Assembly (NCBI GenBank): GCA_023383055.1
Contig: JAHDYP010000008.1
Coordinates: 11,341 to 75,340, forward strand
DNA: 64,000 bases
DNA from: Verrucomicrobiota bacterium
GTDB taxonomy: Bacteria; Verrucomicrobiota; Verrucomicrobiia; Limisphaerales; JAHDYP01
Reading direction: 5' to 3'
Shown: one piece after another, positions 55,676 through 64,000 of the stretch
How the letters are laid out: each line of letters begins with the position of its first letter
How positions within the stretch are numbered: the first letter of the stretch is position 1
Program-made: the position numbers and the translations under genes
The notes under the pieces: model-generated
Told to the model about the DNA's origin: nothing
The model's database searches: none
The model's input: the letters and a program-made list of their open reading frames with translations, nothing else

Positions 55676-57126
55676 GTCGATGCTCTCGTGGAAGCGACTT
55701 CCGGATATTCATGCTCGGGGAATGCCTGAGCGATAACCGCCTCGACCGCTGGTTTGCGCGCGTGGCGTTTCGCGTAACACAGGCTGGCCAGGGTTCCAAC
55801 CAGCATGTTGAACGTCAGAAATATGTGGGGTTGCCGGAAAGTCCACTCGGTGAGGCTGTGCAGAAAGATGCCGCACACGCCGAAGAAAATCCCGACGCCC
55901 AGCCGGTGCATCGCCTCCGGTGTGCGCCAGAAGAGAAAGCGCAGACCCATCAGAAACCAGTGCCCCCAGAGCAGCGTGAACAGGATCAAGCCCGGCACGC
56001 CGAGTTCGCCCACGGTCAGGGCGGCAAGATTGTGGGCCGGCGCGGCCCAGACGAGATTCTCGATGATGTCGTCGTCCGGATTGTTGCCCTGGATCGCACC
56101 GTAATCGTCGTACGGCCGGCCCACCATCGCGCCGTACTTCTTGCTGACCCAGAAGGACCAATTGTTCAGCCCGACGCCGAAGAACTTGTCGGCCACGATC
56201 ACGTTCGCCACCCGAAGGTAATAGCCGCGTCCCTCCTGTTCATCGTCGAGGTATTCGTCCGCAAACGAGGCTTCGGCGTAACGCTCCTTGAGGCTGTCCC
56301 AATTCTGGTAAAACATTCCGGCGATGCACAGCCCGAGGAGCGCGGTGGCAATGATCTTTCTTGGCGTGATCCGCCAGGTCGCGCAGAACGCCGTCGCCCC
56401 CAGCATGACCAGCGCAAAAATGGGAATGCCGGCCCGCGAAATGGTCAGCACGCTGCACAACGCCGCCGCGCCAATGGCGACAATCGAAAACATCCGGAGC
56501 AGTTTGGGCAGCGACGAAGTGGTTGCCGCCACGAATATGGGGGCAACGAGGCAAATATACATCGAAAGACTGTTCTCGTGCTCCAGCGTGCCCGGCACGC
56601 GATAAATCCCCCCGATCAACTTCTGTTTGAGTCCCCACGCGCCCTCCAGGCAGACGGCGCAGCCCAACGCGAGCACCACAATTCCGAGTTCCCGCTGGCT
56701 GCGGACATAAAATGCCGCCGCCAGAAAGAAGAAGAAACCGCGGACCATTTTGGAAAGCTCGAACACCCCGTAGATCTTCGGCGTCGAGAACATCACCGAA
56801 AAACACGCATAGACAAAAAACACCAGCATCAATCCAAAACTGGCCGGCCAGTAGAAGCGCGAGTTTCCCGGACGCGGAAGGAGAACAGAACCGGCGAAGA
56901 CGCTGATCGCGAGCAGATCCACGAAGGAGATCTCGAGTCCGCGCGAGGTGCCGCGATACCAATAGTGACTCAGCACGTTTACGTCGAGCCGGTCCGTGAT
57001 CACGGTCCCCGCAACCATCAGAAAAAAGGCCGCGTCGCGGGCGCGTTGGGAAAAGGTCGCGACGAGGACCCCCGCGGGAATTGCCACCAGCAGCATCGCC
57101 AGTGCGATGAGGTCCTTGGTTTCCAT
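55666..57126 (-). CDS. O-antigen ligase/polymerase (Wzy_C-like) polytopic membrane protein
   Basis: 486 aa with about 10 or more hydrophobic segments. TISRAGIPIFALVMLG resembles the Wzy_C core. A large loop holds EASFADEYLDDEQEGRGYY. Overlaps the downstream GT4 start by 10 nt. Confidence 0.6.
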   Translation of the reverse strand: METKDLIALAMLLVAIPAGVLVATFSQRARDAAFFLMVAGTVITDRLDVNVLSHYWYRGTSRGLEISFVDLLAISVFAGSVLLPRPGNSRFYWPASFGLMLVFFVYACFSVMFSTPKIYGVFELSKMVRGFFFFLAAAFYVRSQRELGIVVLALGCAVCLEGAWGLKQKLIGGIYRVPGTLEHENSLSMYICLVAPIFVAATTSSLPKLLRMFSIVAIGAAALCSVLTISRAGIPIFALVMLGATAFCATWRITPRKIIATALLGLCIAGMFYQNWDSLKERYAEASFADEYLDDEQEGRGYYLRVANVIVADKFFGVGLNNWSFWVSKKYGAMVGRPYDDYGAIQGNNPDDDIIENLVWAAPAHNLAALTVGELGVPGLILFTLLWGHWFLMGLRFLFWRTPEAMHRLGVGIFFGVCGIFLHSLTEWTFRQPHIFLTFNMLVGTLASLCYAKRHARKPAVEAVIAQAFPEHEYPEVASTRASTCA

Positions 57127-57153
57127 CGTTGCGCCTCCCTTCCCCTTTGAGAA

Positions 57154-57813
57154 TCAGCGCTTCCGCGCCGTCAGCAGGATGTTGGTGGCGACGATCAGAT
57201 CGCGCAGCGGCTTGTTCATGCCGCACGTGGTCGTCTTGATCTCAACAAACCCGGCGGATTCGGCGACTTGCGACAATGTCCTGCGCGTGAAGAAGCGAAT
57301 ATGTGGATTGCCCGGTGCAAAATGCTCGTCCCATCTGAACAGCGCGATCAGCACGTCCTTGAAAACGCCGTGATACGGCACCGTCACCAGCAGCCTGCCG
57401 CCGGGCGCGAGCACGCGCTGCATCTCGCGCACCGCGAAGGCAGGGTCGAAAAGGTGTTCGAGCACTTCAGAACACCAGATCACCTCGAAGACCGCGTCGG
57501 CAAACGGGAATGGCAGGGCGACGTCGTGTTGCAGGAACGTGATTTCCGGGTGTGCGCGGGCGTTCCGTTCGATCTGCGAAGGGGAAATGTCCACCGCCGT
57601 CACCCGCGAGGAATGTTCGGCCAGATTCCGGGTGAACGAACCATCGCCGCAGCCCACTTCGAGAATGGCCGCGTTGGCCGCAAGGTCCCGCAGCTGGGCG
57701 CGCATCCAATTCCGCACATTCGTGGCGTATCCCTGGTTGTCGCCGGAATATTGGGCGTGCCCGGTCGTCCAATACTTCTCGTAGTAATCTTTCTGCTGTT
57801 GAATGGCGTTCAT
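57154..57813 (-). CDS. class-I SAM-dependent methyltransferase
   Basis: ILEVGCGDGSFTRNL and RVLAPGGRLLVTVP. Start trimmed to ATG 57813 (MNAIQQQKDYYEKYW), with an ATGA overlap with the upstream GT2 gene. Confidence 0.8.
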   Translation of the reverse strand: MNAIQQQKDYYEKYWTTGHAQYSGDNQGYATNVRNWMRAQLRDLAANAAILEVGCGDGSFTRNLAEHSSRVTAVDISPSQIERNARAHPEITFLQHDVALPFPFADAVFEVIWCSEVLEHLFDPAFAVREMQRVLAPGGRLLVTVPYHGVFKDVLIALFRWDEHFAPGNPHIRFFTRRTLSQVAESAGFVEIKTTTCGMNKPLRDLIVATNILLTARKR

Positions 57814-58994
57814 GAGGTCTGAATGGTTTGAGCGAGGCCGGGTTTGTCGGCGGCCAGGTTGCGGATATTTTCGCGGGCGGCCTTGGGCCAGAAGTGCATC
57901 TTGCCGCGTTTGAAATGGCGATGGGCCTGGGCGCAGGCGAGCATGGTCATCGCGAAGCCCACCAGCGTCGCCGGCAAATGGGTCGCGCGCTTCAGCCCGC
58001 GCATCCGCCACCAGCGTTTGAAGCGGAAACTCAGCGCGTCGGGAAACAATCGCCAGAAACGGCGAACTCGCTGAACATGTTCACCCACCAGCCGCGCGAC
58101 CCACTCGGGACTGGCCTCCTCTTTGCGCCGCAGCGTCTCGGCGAGGTTGGTTCTTTGCGTTCCTGGCAGCGTTTTCAAATACTCCACCAACACATGCACA
58201 ATGGTCTGCCCGATCATCTGCCGCTTCTGGTTCTTCAAAAGCTCGCCGGTGGAAGTGTAAGCCTCATAAACATGCGAAGCCTTGTCGGCGACCACGATGC
58301 GACCCGGGTTGAGTGGGTTCGAAAAGAAATCGGTGCAGACAATCGCCTTGATGAAACCATCGTCAATGCCGAGTTCCTTCGGCAGATAGAGCCGGCGGGC
58401 GACTTCGGTCCGGATGCAATAGAGCTGACCGGTCATCTGCCCTTGAGTTGCGCGGTTCATTTCGGACGTGGCCAGCGAAATGCGATCCCGCCAGGATTTC
58501 ACGAGCTTGAGCGACACGTCCTTGATGGGCTGGTCACTGGCGATCCGAGCTTCGGAATTATCCAGCAACGTGCGATACATGTTGAACAAAGTCTCGCGCC
58601 GATTGAATACAATGTCCGAGTCCATGAGAAACAAGAACTCCGCTTCCGGGTGCGACAAACCATGGACGAACGCGTTCCAGGTGTGATTGCGTCCAGCCTC
58701 GCGCATGTCGCGCACGCCGGCGGCAAAGGCGCTGGCGAACGGATGTGATTTCCCCTGCTCCGCGAACACCGCGGCAGCGATGGCCGCCGTGCGATCCGTG
58801 CATCCGTTCGGAATGCAAAGCACTTCGCAGCGTTCGCCACGCGCGCTGAGTTCTTCAAACAACGACTGCTGGAAGAGCGATTCCAGTGTCCGGCGGATGA
58901 CTGCTTCCTCGTTCCACGCCCGGACGGCGATGGACATTCGCGGTGGCTTGGTCTGGGCGTTATTCGTCATGGCATCTTCGACATTGCTTTCCAA
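57810..58994 (-). CDS. GT2-family glycosyltransferase
   Basis: MSIAVRAWNEEAVIRRTLESLFQQS, IPNGCTDRT and FLMDSDIVF (DxD motif). Confidence 0.75.
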   Translation of the reverse strand: MESNVEDAMTNNAQTKPPRMSIAVRAWNEEAVIRRTLESLFQQSLFEELSARGERCEVLCIPNGCTDRTAAIAAAVFAEQGKSHPFASAFAAGVRDMREAGRNHTWNAFVHGLSHPEAEFLFLMDSDIVFNRRETLFNMYRTLLDNSEARIASDQPIKDVSLKLVKSWRDRISLATSEMNRATQGQMTGQLYCIRTEVARRLYLPKELGIDDGFIKAIVCTDFFSNPLNPGRIVVADKASHVYEAYTSTGELLKNQKRQMIGQTIVHVLVEYLKTLPGTQRTNLAETLRRKEEASPEWVARLVGEHVQRVRRFWRLFPDALSFRFKRWWRMRGLKRATHLPATLVGFAMTMLACAQAHRHFKRGKMHFWPKAARENIRNLAADKPGLAQTIQTS

Positions 58995-59041
58995 TGTCAG
59001 TCTAGGCTGGGAGGCCGCCCCTCGCTAAGTAGGTGAAAACC

Positions 59042-59076
59042 TCCCGCTGGCCGGGTGAAAGACCCCATGCCGTCCG
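59042..59076 (+). promoter_or_regulatory. phased direct-repeat element GGTGAAAACCTC-N11-GTGAAAGACCCC in the divergent GT2/GT2 spacer
   Basis: Half-sites at 59042-59053 and 59065-59076. Sits 29 nt before ATG 59105. Confidence 0.5.
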
Positions 59077-59104
59077 GCCCGTAAATGCCGTATCCTGAAC
59101 CGGA

Positions 59105-60025
59105 ATGAGCGATCCGTTCGTCAGCATCATCCTGCGGTCCTTCAACGAAGCGTGGGCGCTGCGTGAAACCTTGCCGGCGCTTGCGGCGCAGAACGACACG
59201 CAGTGGGAACTCATCGTGATTGATTCCGGCTCGACGGACGGCTCGGTGGAGTTGATTCGAGAATTCCAGCCGCGGCATCTGATTCACATCTCACACAGCC
59301 AATACAACCCGTCCCGGGTCATGAACCAGGGAATGGAACTCGCCTCATCGAACTTCGCACTGTTCCTCAACGCCGATGCCACGCCGCAGGGGCCGGAGTG
59401 GCTGCGTCCGCTCGTGACCGCGCTGCTCGATCCACAAGTCGCCGCGGTCTTCGGCCGGCAGATTCCGCGTCCCGACTGCCGGGCGGTGTTCGCTCACGAC
59501 TATGAACGCTGCTTCGGAGCGAGTCGGGAATCCGCGAAGTGGGATCATTTCTTCAGCATGGCGAGCAGCGGCATCCGCAAAGACATCTGGGCGAAGCGCG
59601 GTTTCAACGAGCGAATGCAATACTCCGAGGACGACGAATACACGCGCTGGTGCCGGGCACAGGGTTATCGGGTGGTTTACGCCCCGGCATCGGTGGTGAT
59701 GCACTCGCATAATTACACCGCCGCGCAGGCCTGGAAGCGCAGCTTTGGCGAAGGCCGCGCGCTGGCCGCCGTGTGGACAAATCGGATCGCAAACCCGACC
59801 TGGGGCCGGCAAGTTCTGCTTGGCTGGATGAACGATGCGAGGCGGGACTTGAGGTTTTGCGCGCGCACATGCCGGTTGAATGAATGGCCGCATGCCTTGC
59901 GAATCCGCTGGCAGCAACGGCGCGGCGCGCTGGCGGGCTTTCGCAGCGGCTGGACGATGTATCGCCAGCCGCGGAAAGAATCGGCCGTCAGTCCGCCAAC
60001 CTGGGCCGTCGACCTTCAACGCTGA
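59105..60025 (+). CDS. GT2-family glycosyltransferase
   Basis: VSIILRSFNEAWALRETLPALAAQ, ELIVIDSGSTDGS and LFLNADATP. Confidence 0.8.
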   Translation: MSDPFVSIILRSFNEAWALRETLPALAAQNDTQWELIVIDSGSTDGSVELIREFQPRHLIHISHSQYNPSRVMNQGMELASSNFALFLNADATPQGPEWLRPLVTALLDPQVAAVFGRQIPRPDCRAVFAHDYERCFGASRESAKWDHFFSMASSGIRKDIWAKRGFNERMQYSEDDEYTRWCRAQGYRVVYAPASVVMHSHNYTAAQAWKRSFGEGRALAAVWTNRIANPTWGRQVLLGWMNDARRDLRFCARTCRLNEWPHALRIRWQQRRGALAGFRSGWTMYRQPRKESAVSPPTWAVDLQR

Positions 60026-60027
60026 AC

Positions 60028-61290
60028 ATGACCGCCATCCTTGCGACAAGCGGCGCGGGTTTCCAACCTGCGGCATCGCGGATTCCCAATCCGCCGCCGT
60101 CTGAAACCGGCGGCACGTCCGAGTGCTCTGGTGGCTGCACCGTTCCGCCGCGCGTCGGTCACTTCACTCTGACCGGCAGTGACGCGCTGGAGCAGCATCT
60201 CGCGAAAGTCTGCAAAAGCGTTCATGCTGGCATTGGCCGCATCATCCCGGCGCATAAACTGGAAGGGCTGGCGCTCGGCGGCGGCTATGGACGCGGCGAA
60301 GGCGGCGTGTTGAGAACGCCCGCGGGGGATCAGCCTTACAACGATTTGGAGTTCTACGTGTTTGTTCGCGGCCCTTCGTGGTTGAACGAGCGGTTTTTCG
60401 CAAAGCCGCTGCACGATTTGGGCGGTGAGCTTTCGTTGAGCGCGGGGATCGAACTGGAATTCAAAATCACTTCGGCGGCCACCCTTCGACGCAGTCCGCA
60501 GAGTCTGTTTTATCACGATTTGATCATGGGGCATCGGTGGCTGGCGGGTGATGACCGTCTCTTTGCCGGTTGTGAACATCATCGTGATGCCGAAGCAATT
60601 CCCCTGTCGGAAGCAACCCGGCTGCTGATGAACCGCTGTTCGGGGCTGCTCTTCGCGCGCGACAAACTCGATCACGAGCGCTTTTCCTCCGAGGACGGCG
60701 ACTTCGTTGGCCGAAACATCGCCAAGACCGAACTGGCGCTGGGCGATGCCGTGTTGATTGCTTTCGGCAAATATCATTGGAGCTGCCGGGAGCGCGGTCA
60801 ACGGTTGAGTGATCTTGCCGGAGCGGACACCTTGTCGTGGATCGAGGAAGTACGTCAGCGCCACGCGGCCGGAGTGGAGTTCAAACTCCAGCCGCATCGG
60901 TCATCGCTTGCGCGCGCTGAGCTTCAAGATCACCTCTGCAAAGTCACTTGCCTGGCCTTGAGAGTGTGGCTCTGGCTGGAAAACCGCCGCCTCGGTTGCG
61001 AATGCCGTTCCGCCGCCGGTTACGCATCGAGCCGCATCATTAAATGGCCCGACACCAATCGCTGGCGGAGCCGGCTGGCGAACGTAAGAGTATTCGGCCC
61101 GCGCGCGCTCCTGATTCCGCGCAATAGCCGCCATCCTCGGGAGCGGATTCTGAATGCGTTGGTGCTCCTGCTGTGGGTGCGCGCCCAGACTTCCCCCGCA
61201 TTAACACGGAAAGTCCAGCGTGAGTTGCTGTGGTCGAAACCGACCGCGATGATTCCGGGGTATCGCGAGCGCTGGAGTCGGGCGAGCTGA
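60028..61290 (+). CDS. hypothetical protein, possible Pol-beta-superfamily nucleotidyltransferase
   Basis: Start set to ATG 60028, 3 nt after the GT2 stop. LALGGGYGRGEGG...NDLEFYVFV loosely fits the hG[GS]...[DE]h[DE]h nucleotidyltransferase signature. Nothing else recognised. Confidence 0.3.
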   Translation: MTAILATSGAGFQPAASRIPNPPPSETGGTSECSGGCTVPPRVGHFTLTGSDALEQHLAKVCKSVHAGIGRIIPAHKLEGLALGGGYGRGEGGVLRTPAGDQPYNDLEFYVFVRGPSWLNERFFAKPLHDLGGELSLSAGIELEFKITSAATLRRSPQSLFYHDLIMGHRWLAGDDRLFAGCEHHRDAEAIPLSEATRLLMNRCSGLLFARDKLDHERFSSEDGDFVGRNIAKTELALGDAVLIAFGKYHWSCRERGQRLSDLAGADTLSWIEEVRQRHAAGVEFKLQPHRSSLARAELQDHLCKVTCLALRVWLWLENRRLGCECRSAAGYASSRIIKWPDTNRWRSRLANVRVFGPRALLIPRNSRHPRERILNALVLLLWVRAQTSPALTRKVQRELLWSKPTAMIPGYRERWSRAS

Positions 61291-61418
61291 TTACCCGGCA
61301 CTCAGATTCTGCACAACCAACAGATTCATGAACACGCACCCTCGAGCGCAACCGTTCAACCTGAGTTTACTCGAATGAAAGGGTCACCAACATCCGCATA
61401 ACAAACGTAATCCCTTCG

Positions 61419-64000
61419 ATGCTCCACAAGCATGCCGAGCGAATCGCGGGCCATGTGGGGTCTGGCAACGTGCGCGGGCGAACACTCTGCTGCGCCGGGC
61501 TGCTGCTGCTTTCAGCGCTTGGGTCCACGGCCGCTTTGGTTTCGACCTTTCAGGCCGGAAGCGCCTCGTGGCACCTGGGCACGATCGGAGTCGGAAACCT
61601 GGACAGCTCTCCCGACCTGGAAATCGTCGTGCCCTACCGGACTTCCGCCGGCCACTGGTTTGTGGACGCATTCAAGCACACTGGCGAGCGACTCCCGGGA
61701 TTTCCTTATTCGTCGGGCAGCGAGGAAATGAACGTTTCTCCCACGCTGTACGACCTCGACCACGATGGCCGCGACGAAATCATCTTCACGCGGGGCAACC
61801 AGATCATTGTGCTGCGCGGAGACGGTTCAGTCATGTGGTCCAACACGGTCAATTACGCCAACTACTTGCCGACGGGCGGCTACCAAACCGTCACCAACGG
61901 CTTTTATTGGTCGGCCACCGGCGAGTTCATGAGCCGGCTTCCTGCAACGGCGGTTTTCTCATCACAGGTTTCGCCGCCCATCGTCATGGACCTCAACGGC
62001 AATGGAACCAGGGAGATCATCACCGCCTGGAAAATTGATCCTGATCCGGGCGGCTGGGAGCAGGACTTCAATCCCTTCATCAATGACATTTTCGGCTTTG
62101 CCGAATGGGGCACGGCGGGAGAGACGTGGTCCGGCGGGGTGGTGGGATTCGACGCGATTACCGGCCAACGCACCTTTGTTTATCACATTCACCAGCTCGT
62201 CGAATCCGGCCTGGCGATCGGACGGGCCAAGCCCGGCCCGGCCCTGAACATTTACGAACTCAACGACAGCGACAGCGTCGTCTCGTTCGACAAAACGCAG
62301 CCGTTCGGTCTTTGGGGCAAAGGCATGCTGCATAAACAGTTCGGCAAGAACCAGCGGCTGATGAGCGGCTCCTATCAATTGCCGAATGATATTTACACCA
62401 CGGACCTGGACGGCGACGGCCTGGATGAAGTGCTGGTCGCTGGCACCACCTTCGGCGTGATCTGGCCGCCGAATGAAACGATCCTCGACGACGATGGCGC
62501 GATCCTTTGGCGGCGCTGGCTGACGCCAGTGACCTTCGTCAACAGCCATGGATGGAACAACGGCGCGTGCCTGATTCCCATCAACCCGGACCACGACAAC
62601 CACATTGACGTGCTCGGCTTTAATCATGCCCACGAAATCACCTTCCGCTATTGGAACGGCATCGAGTTGGTGGATCGTCCCGGCTGGCCGAAGACTTTTG
62701 ATCCGTTCCTGCCTTCGCCCCCGGTGGTGGGAGATGTGGACGGCGATGGCCAGGAGGAAATCATCATCGGCACCTACCATCCGGCTCTCACGCCCTCCGC
62801 GGGTAATCTTCTTATCTATGCTTTGGACGGCGCACTGAAACAAATCATTCCCGTGGTGGGCGGCATCAAACACATCCCGGCGCTGGCGGACGTCGAAGGC
62901 GTTGGCCGGTTGGACGTGGTCTATCGCTCAACGCTCGGGCAGGTGTACGTGCAAAACTTCGGCGCCACCGGCACCAACCACGTCTCTTGGGCCACGCACC
63001 GGGGCAATATACGTCGCGACGGCAACCATGGCATTTCGTTGTTCCCGCCGGGCACGCCGTTAGTCACGAAAATAAGCTCCGGGTATAACCGTGTCAGTTT
63101 CAGTTGGACCAACGCCAGTCCGGCCCAATGCTTCCGCATCTATCGCGCTGCCCAGGCCGGCAGTCCCTTTCAACCGATTGCCACCGTCACAAGTGCCACG
63201 ACGGCTTACACCGACCACGGCCTCAAATCCGGCTGGCAGTACTTTTACGAAGTCGGCGCCGTTTACAGCAACAACACGGTTCATTCGTCTCCCATTGCTG
63301 TGCTCCCGCTGTTGAACGGCAACCTGGTCGCTAACGCCGGTTTCGAGGAGAACGACAACAGTCACTGGGATAAATGGTTTAGCGGCAGCATCGGCATGAC
63401 GAACATGGTCGCCAGCACGAACACTGCCTTCGAAGGCAGGCAATCCATGCGCATTATCCTCGAGAACCACGGCAATAGCGGCTCGATCTCTCAGTTCAAC
63501 CAATACGGTCTCCCGGACGCCACCCTGTTCGTTACCCCCGGCGCGTTTTATAGCTTCGGCGGTTTCTTCAAAAGCACCGGCATCTCCCAGCCCTCGAAAC
63601 ATTTTCTCAAATGGGTCTCGACCAAGACCGGCTACGACACCCACAACCGGCCCCCACCGCATTACCCGGACTTTTTCACCCCTCATTTCGTTGTCGGCAC
63701 CGACGCCACCGAATGGACTTACGCGAATCGTACCTTTCAATTGCCTGCCGGCTTTCCCAATCTCGAACTCGCGCACAATTTCACCATCAGTGCGCCGGGC
63801 AGTGGTTCCATCTACATTGACAACGTTTTCTTCCGCCAAATTCCCAACCCCTCGGCCACCAATTGGACCGTTTGGGTTCCCTTTGCGTCCACCTGGCGTT
63901 GTTTCAACGCGACTCCTCCGGCAAATTGGTTTGCCGCCAACTTCAACGATGCCTCCTGGCCGGTCGGCACCGCCAAGTTTGGTGCGGGTGGCGGCCCCAC
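61419..64000 (+). CDS. secreted FG-GAP/VCBS-repeat protein with FN3 and carbohydrate-binding-like domains (3' end beyond window)
   Basis: Not in the ORF track because it is open at the window edge. I translated this frame by hand from ATG 61419 to 64000 and found no stop. Signal-like CCAGLLLLSALGSTAALVSTF. FG-GAP-like repeats (GVGNLDSSPDLEIVV, LYDLDHDGRDEIIF, VMDLNGNGTREII, TTDLDGDGLDEVLV, VGDVDGDGQEEIII). FN3 (VSFSWTNASPAQCFRIYRA). Then GFEENDNSHWDKW..., a CBM-like region. Confidence 0.75.
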   Translation, partial: MLHKHAERIAGHVGSGNVRGRTLCCAGLLLLSALGSTAALVSTFQAGSASWHLGTIGVGNLDSSPDLEIVVPYRTSAGHWFVDAFKHTGERLPGFPYSSGSEEMNVSPTLYDLDHDGRDEIIFTRGNQIIVLRGDGSVMWSNTVNYANYLPTGGYQTVTNGFYWSATGEFMSRLPATAVFSSQVSPPIVMDLNGNGTREIITAWKIDPDPGGWEQDFNPFINDIFGFAEWGTAGETWSGGVVGFDAITGQRTFVYHIHQLVESGLAIGRAKPGPALNIYELNDSDSVVSFDKTQPFGLWGKGMLHKQFGKNQRLMSGSYQLPNDIYTTDLDGDGLDEVLVAGTTFGVIWPPNETILDDDGAILWRRWLTPVTFVNSHGWNNGACLIPINPDHDNHIDVLGFNHAHEITFRYWNGIELVDRPGWPKTFDPFLPSPPVVGDVDGDGQEEIIIGTYHPALTPSAGNLLIYALDGALKQIIPVVGGIKHIPALADVEGVGRLDVVYRSTLGQVYVQNFGATGTNHVSWATHRGNIRRDGNHGISLFPPGTPLVTKISSGYNRVSFSWTNASPAQCFRIYRAAQAGSPFQPIATVTSATTAYTDHGLKSGWQYFYEVGAVYSNNTVHSSPIAVLPLLNGNLVANAGFEENDNSHWDKWFSGSIGMTNMVASTNTAFEGRQSMRIILENHGNSGSISQFNQYGLPDATLFVTPGAFYSFGGFFKSTGISQPSKHFLKWVSTKTGYDTHNRPPPHYPDFFTPHFVVGTDATEWTYANRTFQLPAGFPNLELAHNFTISAPGSGSIYIDNVFFRQIPNPSATNWTVWVPFASTWRCFNATPPANWFAANFNDASWPVGTAKFGAGGGP

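Noticed and set aside
55711-57150. 479-aa plus-strand ORF
   Set aside because: It is antisense to the polytopic Wzy-like membrane protein. It is a highly charged, low-complexity translation, whereas the minus-strand frame gives coherent TM segments.
26831-59884. Long N-terminal extensions offered by the ORF track (starts at 26831, 29419, 51921, 52702, 58011, 59884, 23537, 5023, 1829 and 54507)
   Set aside because: The extensions overlap the preceding gene and are Arg/Pro-rich with no homology-like content. Internal ATGs give canonical protein N-termini and 4-nt ATGA couplings or short gaps.
61962-63839. 303-aa and 259-aa minus-strand ORFs (61962..62873 and 63060..63839)
   Set aside because: The plus-strand frame starting at 61419 is open to the window end and encodes clear FG-GAP/FN3 repeats. 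The minus-strand ORFs are its shadows.
1-64000. Mobile elements, prophage, defence islands, CRISPR arrays, tRNA/rRNA genes
   Set aside because: I found no integrase, transposase or recombinase motifs, no long terminal inverted repeats, no tRNA-like sequences in the intergenic spacers I read, and no spaced repeat arrays. Composition looks uniform except for the short AT-richer spacer at 39780-40020.

Overview
This is a high-GC, densely coding bacterial chromosomal segment. I saw no rRNA, tRNA, CRISPR array, transposase or integrase. All calls come from reading the supplied translations and the DNA; no database search was run.

Block 1 (1-23.4 kb, all on the minus strand): A KaiC-like ATPase fragment and a small unknown ORF sit at the left edge. 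The rest is an NRPS/PKS gene cluster. It holds a bimodular NRPS (C-A-T-C-A-T, 16887-23405). That feeds a 3973-aa hybrid PKS-NRPS (KS-AT-ACP-C-A-T-TE*-A-T-TE*-A-T, 4969-16890), followed by a cyclic-peptide-type ABC exporter. An Sfp-type PPTase and two divergently arranged paralogous small SAM methyltransferases complete it. TE* marks internal thioesterase-like domains with a Cys nucleophile (GYCFGG) sitting where condensation domains are expected.

Block 2 (23.6-64 kb): This is an envelope-polysaccharide and secreted-protein locus.
- Regulators: a REC-HK / REC-HK / NarL-type trio, an orphan STAS protein and an atypical receiver.
- Export and assembly: a Wzz/pseudo-BY-kinase/Wza fusion, a second Wza, a priming sugar transferase and a Wzy/O-antigen-ligase-like membrane protein.
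- Glycan enzymes: a WecG/TagA glycosyltransferase fused to two STAS domains, GT4 and GT2 transferases, FkbM and class-I methyltransferases, a DUF2334-like deacetylase, a uridine-kinase-like P-loop protein and an AlkP-family enzyme.
- Secreted proteins: an S8 subtilase, two tandem paralogous FN3 proteins, two GH9-like hydrolases and a 3'-truncated FG-GAP/FN3 protein.

Signals that cut across both blocks:
- A phased GGTGAARACCCC direct-repeat element lies at most operon boundaries.
- Four secreted proteins share a C-terminal ~70-aa domain ending in [QR][RQ]FY.
- A 7-copy heptanucleotide tandem repeat sits inside an NRPS A domain.
- Many gene junctions overlap by 4 nt (ATGA).

A PVC-group origin (for example Verrucomicrobia) is only an impression.
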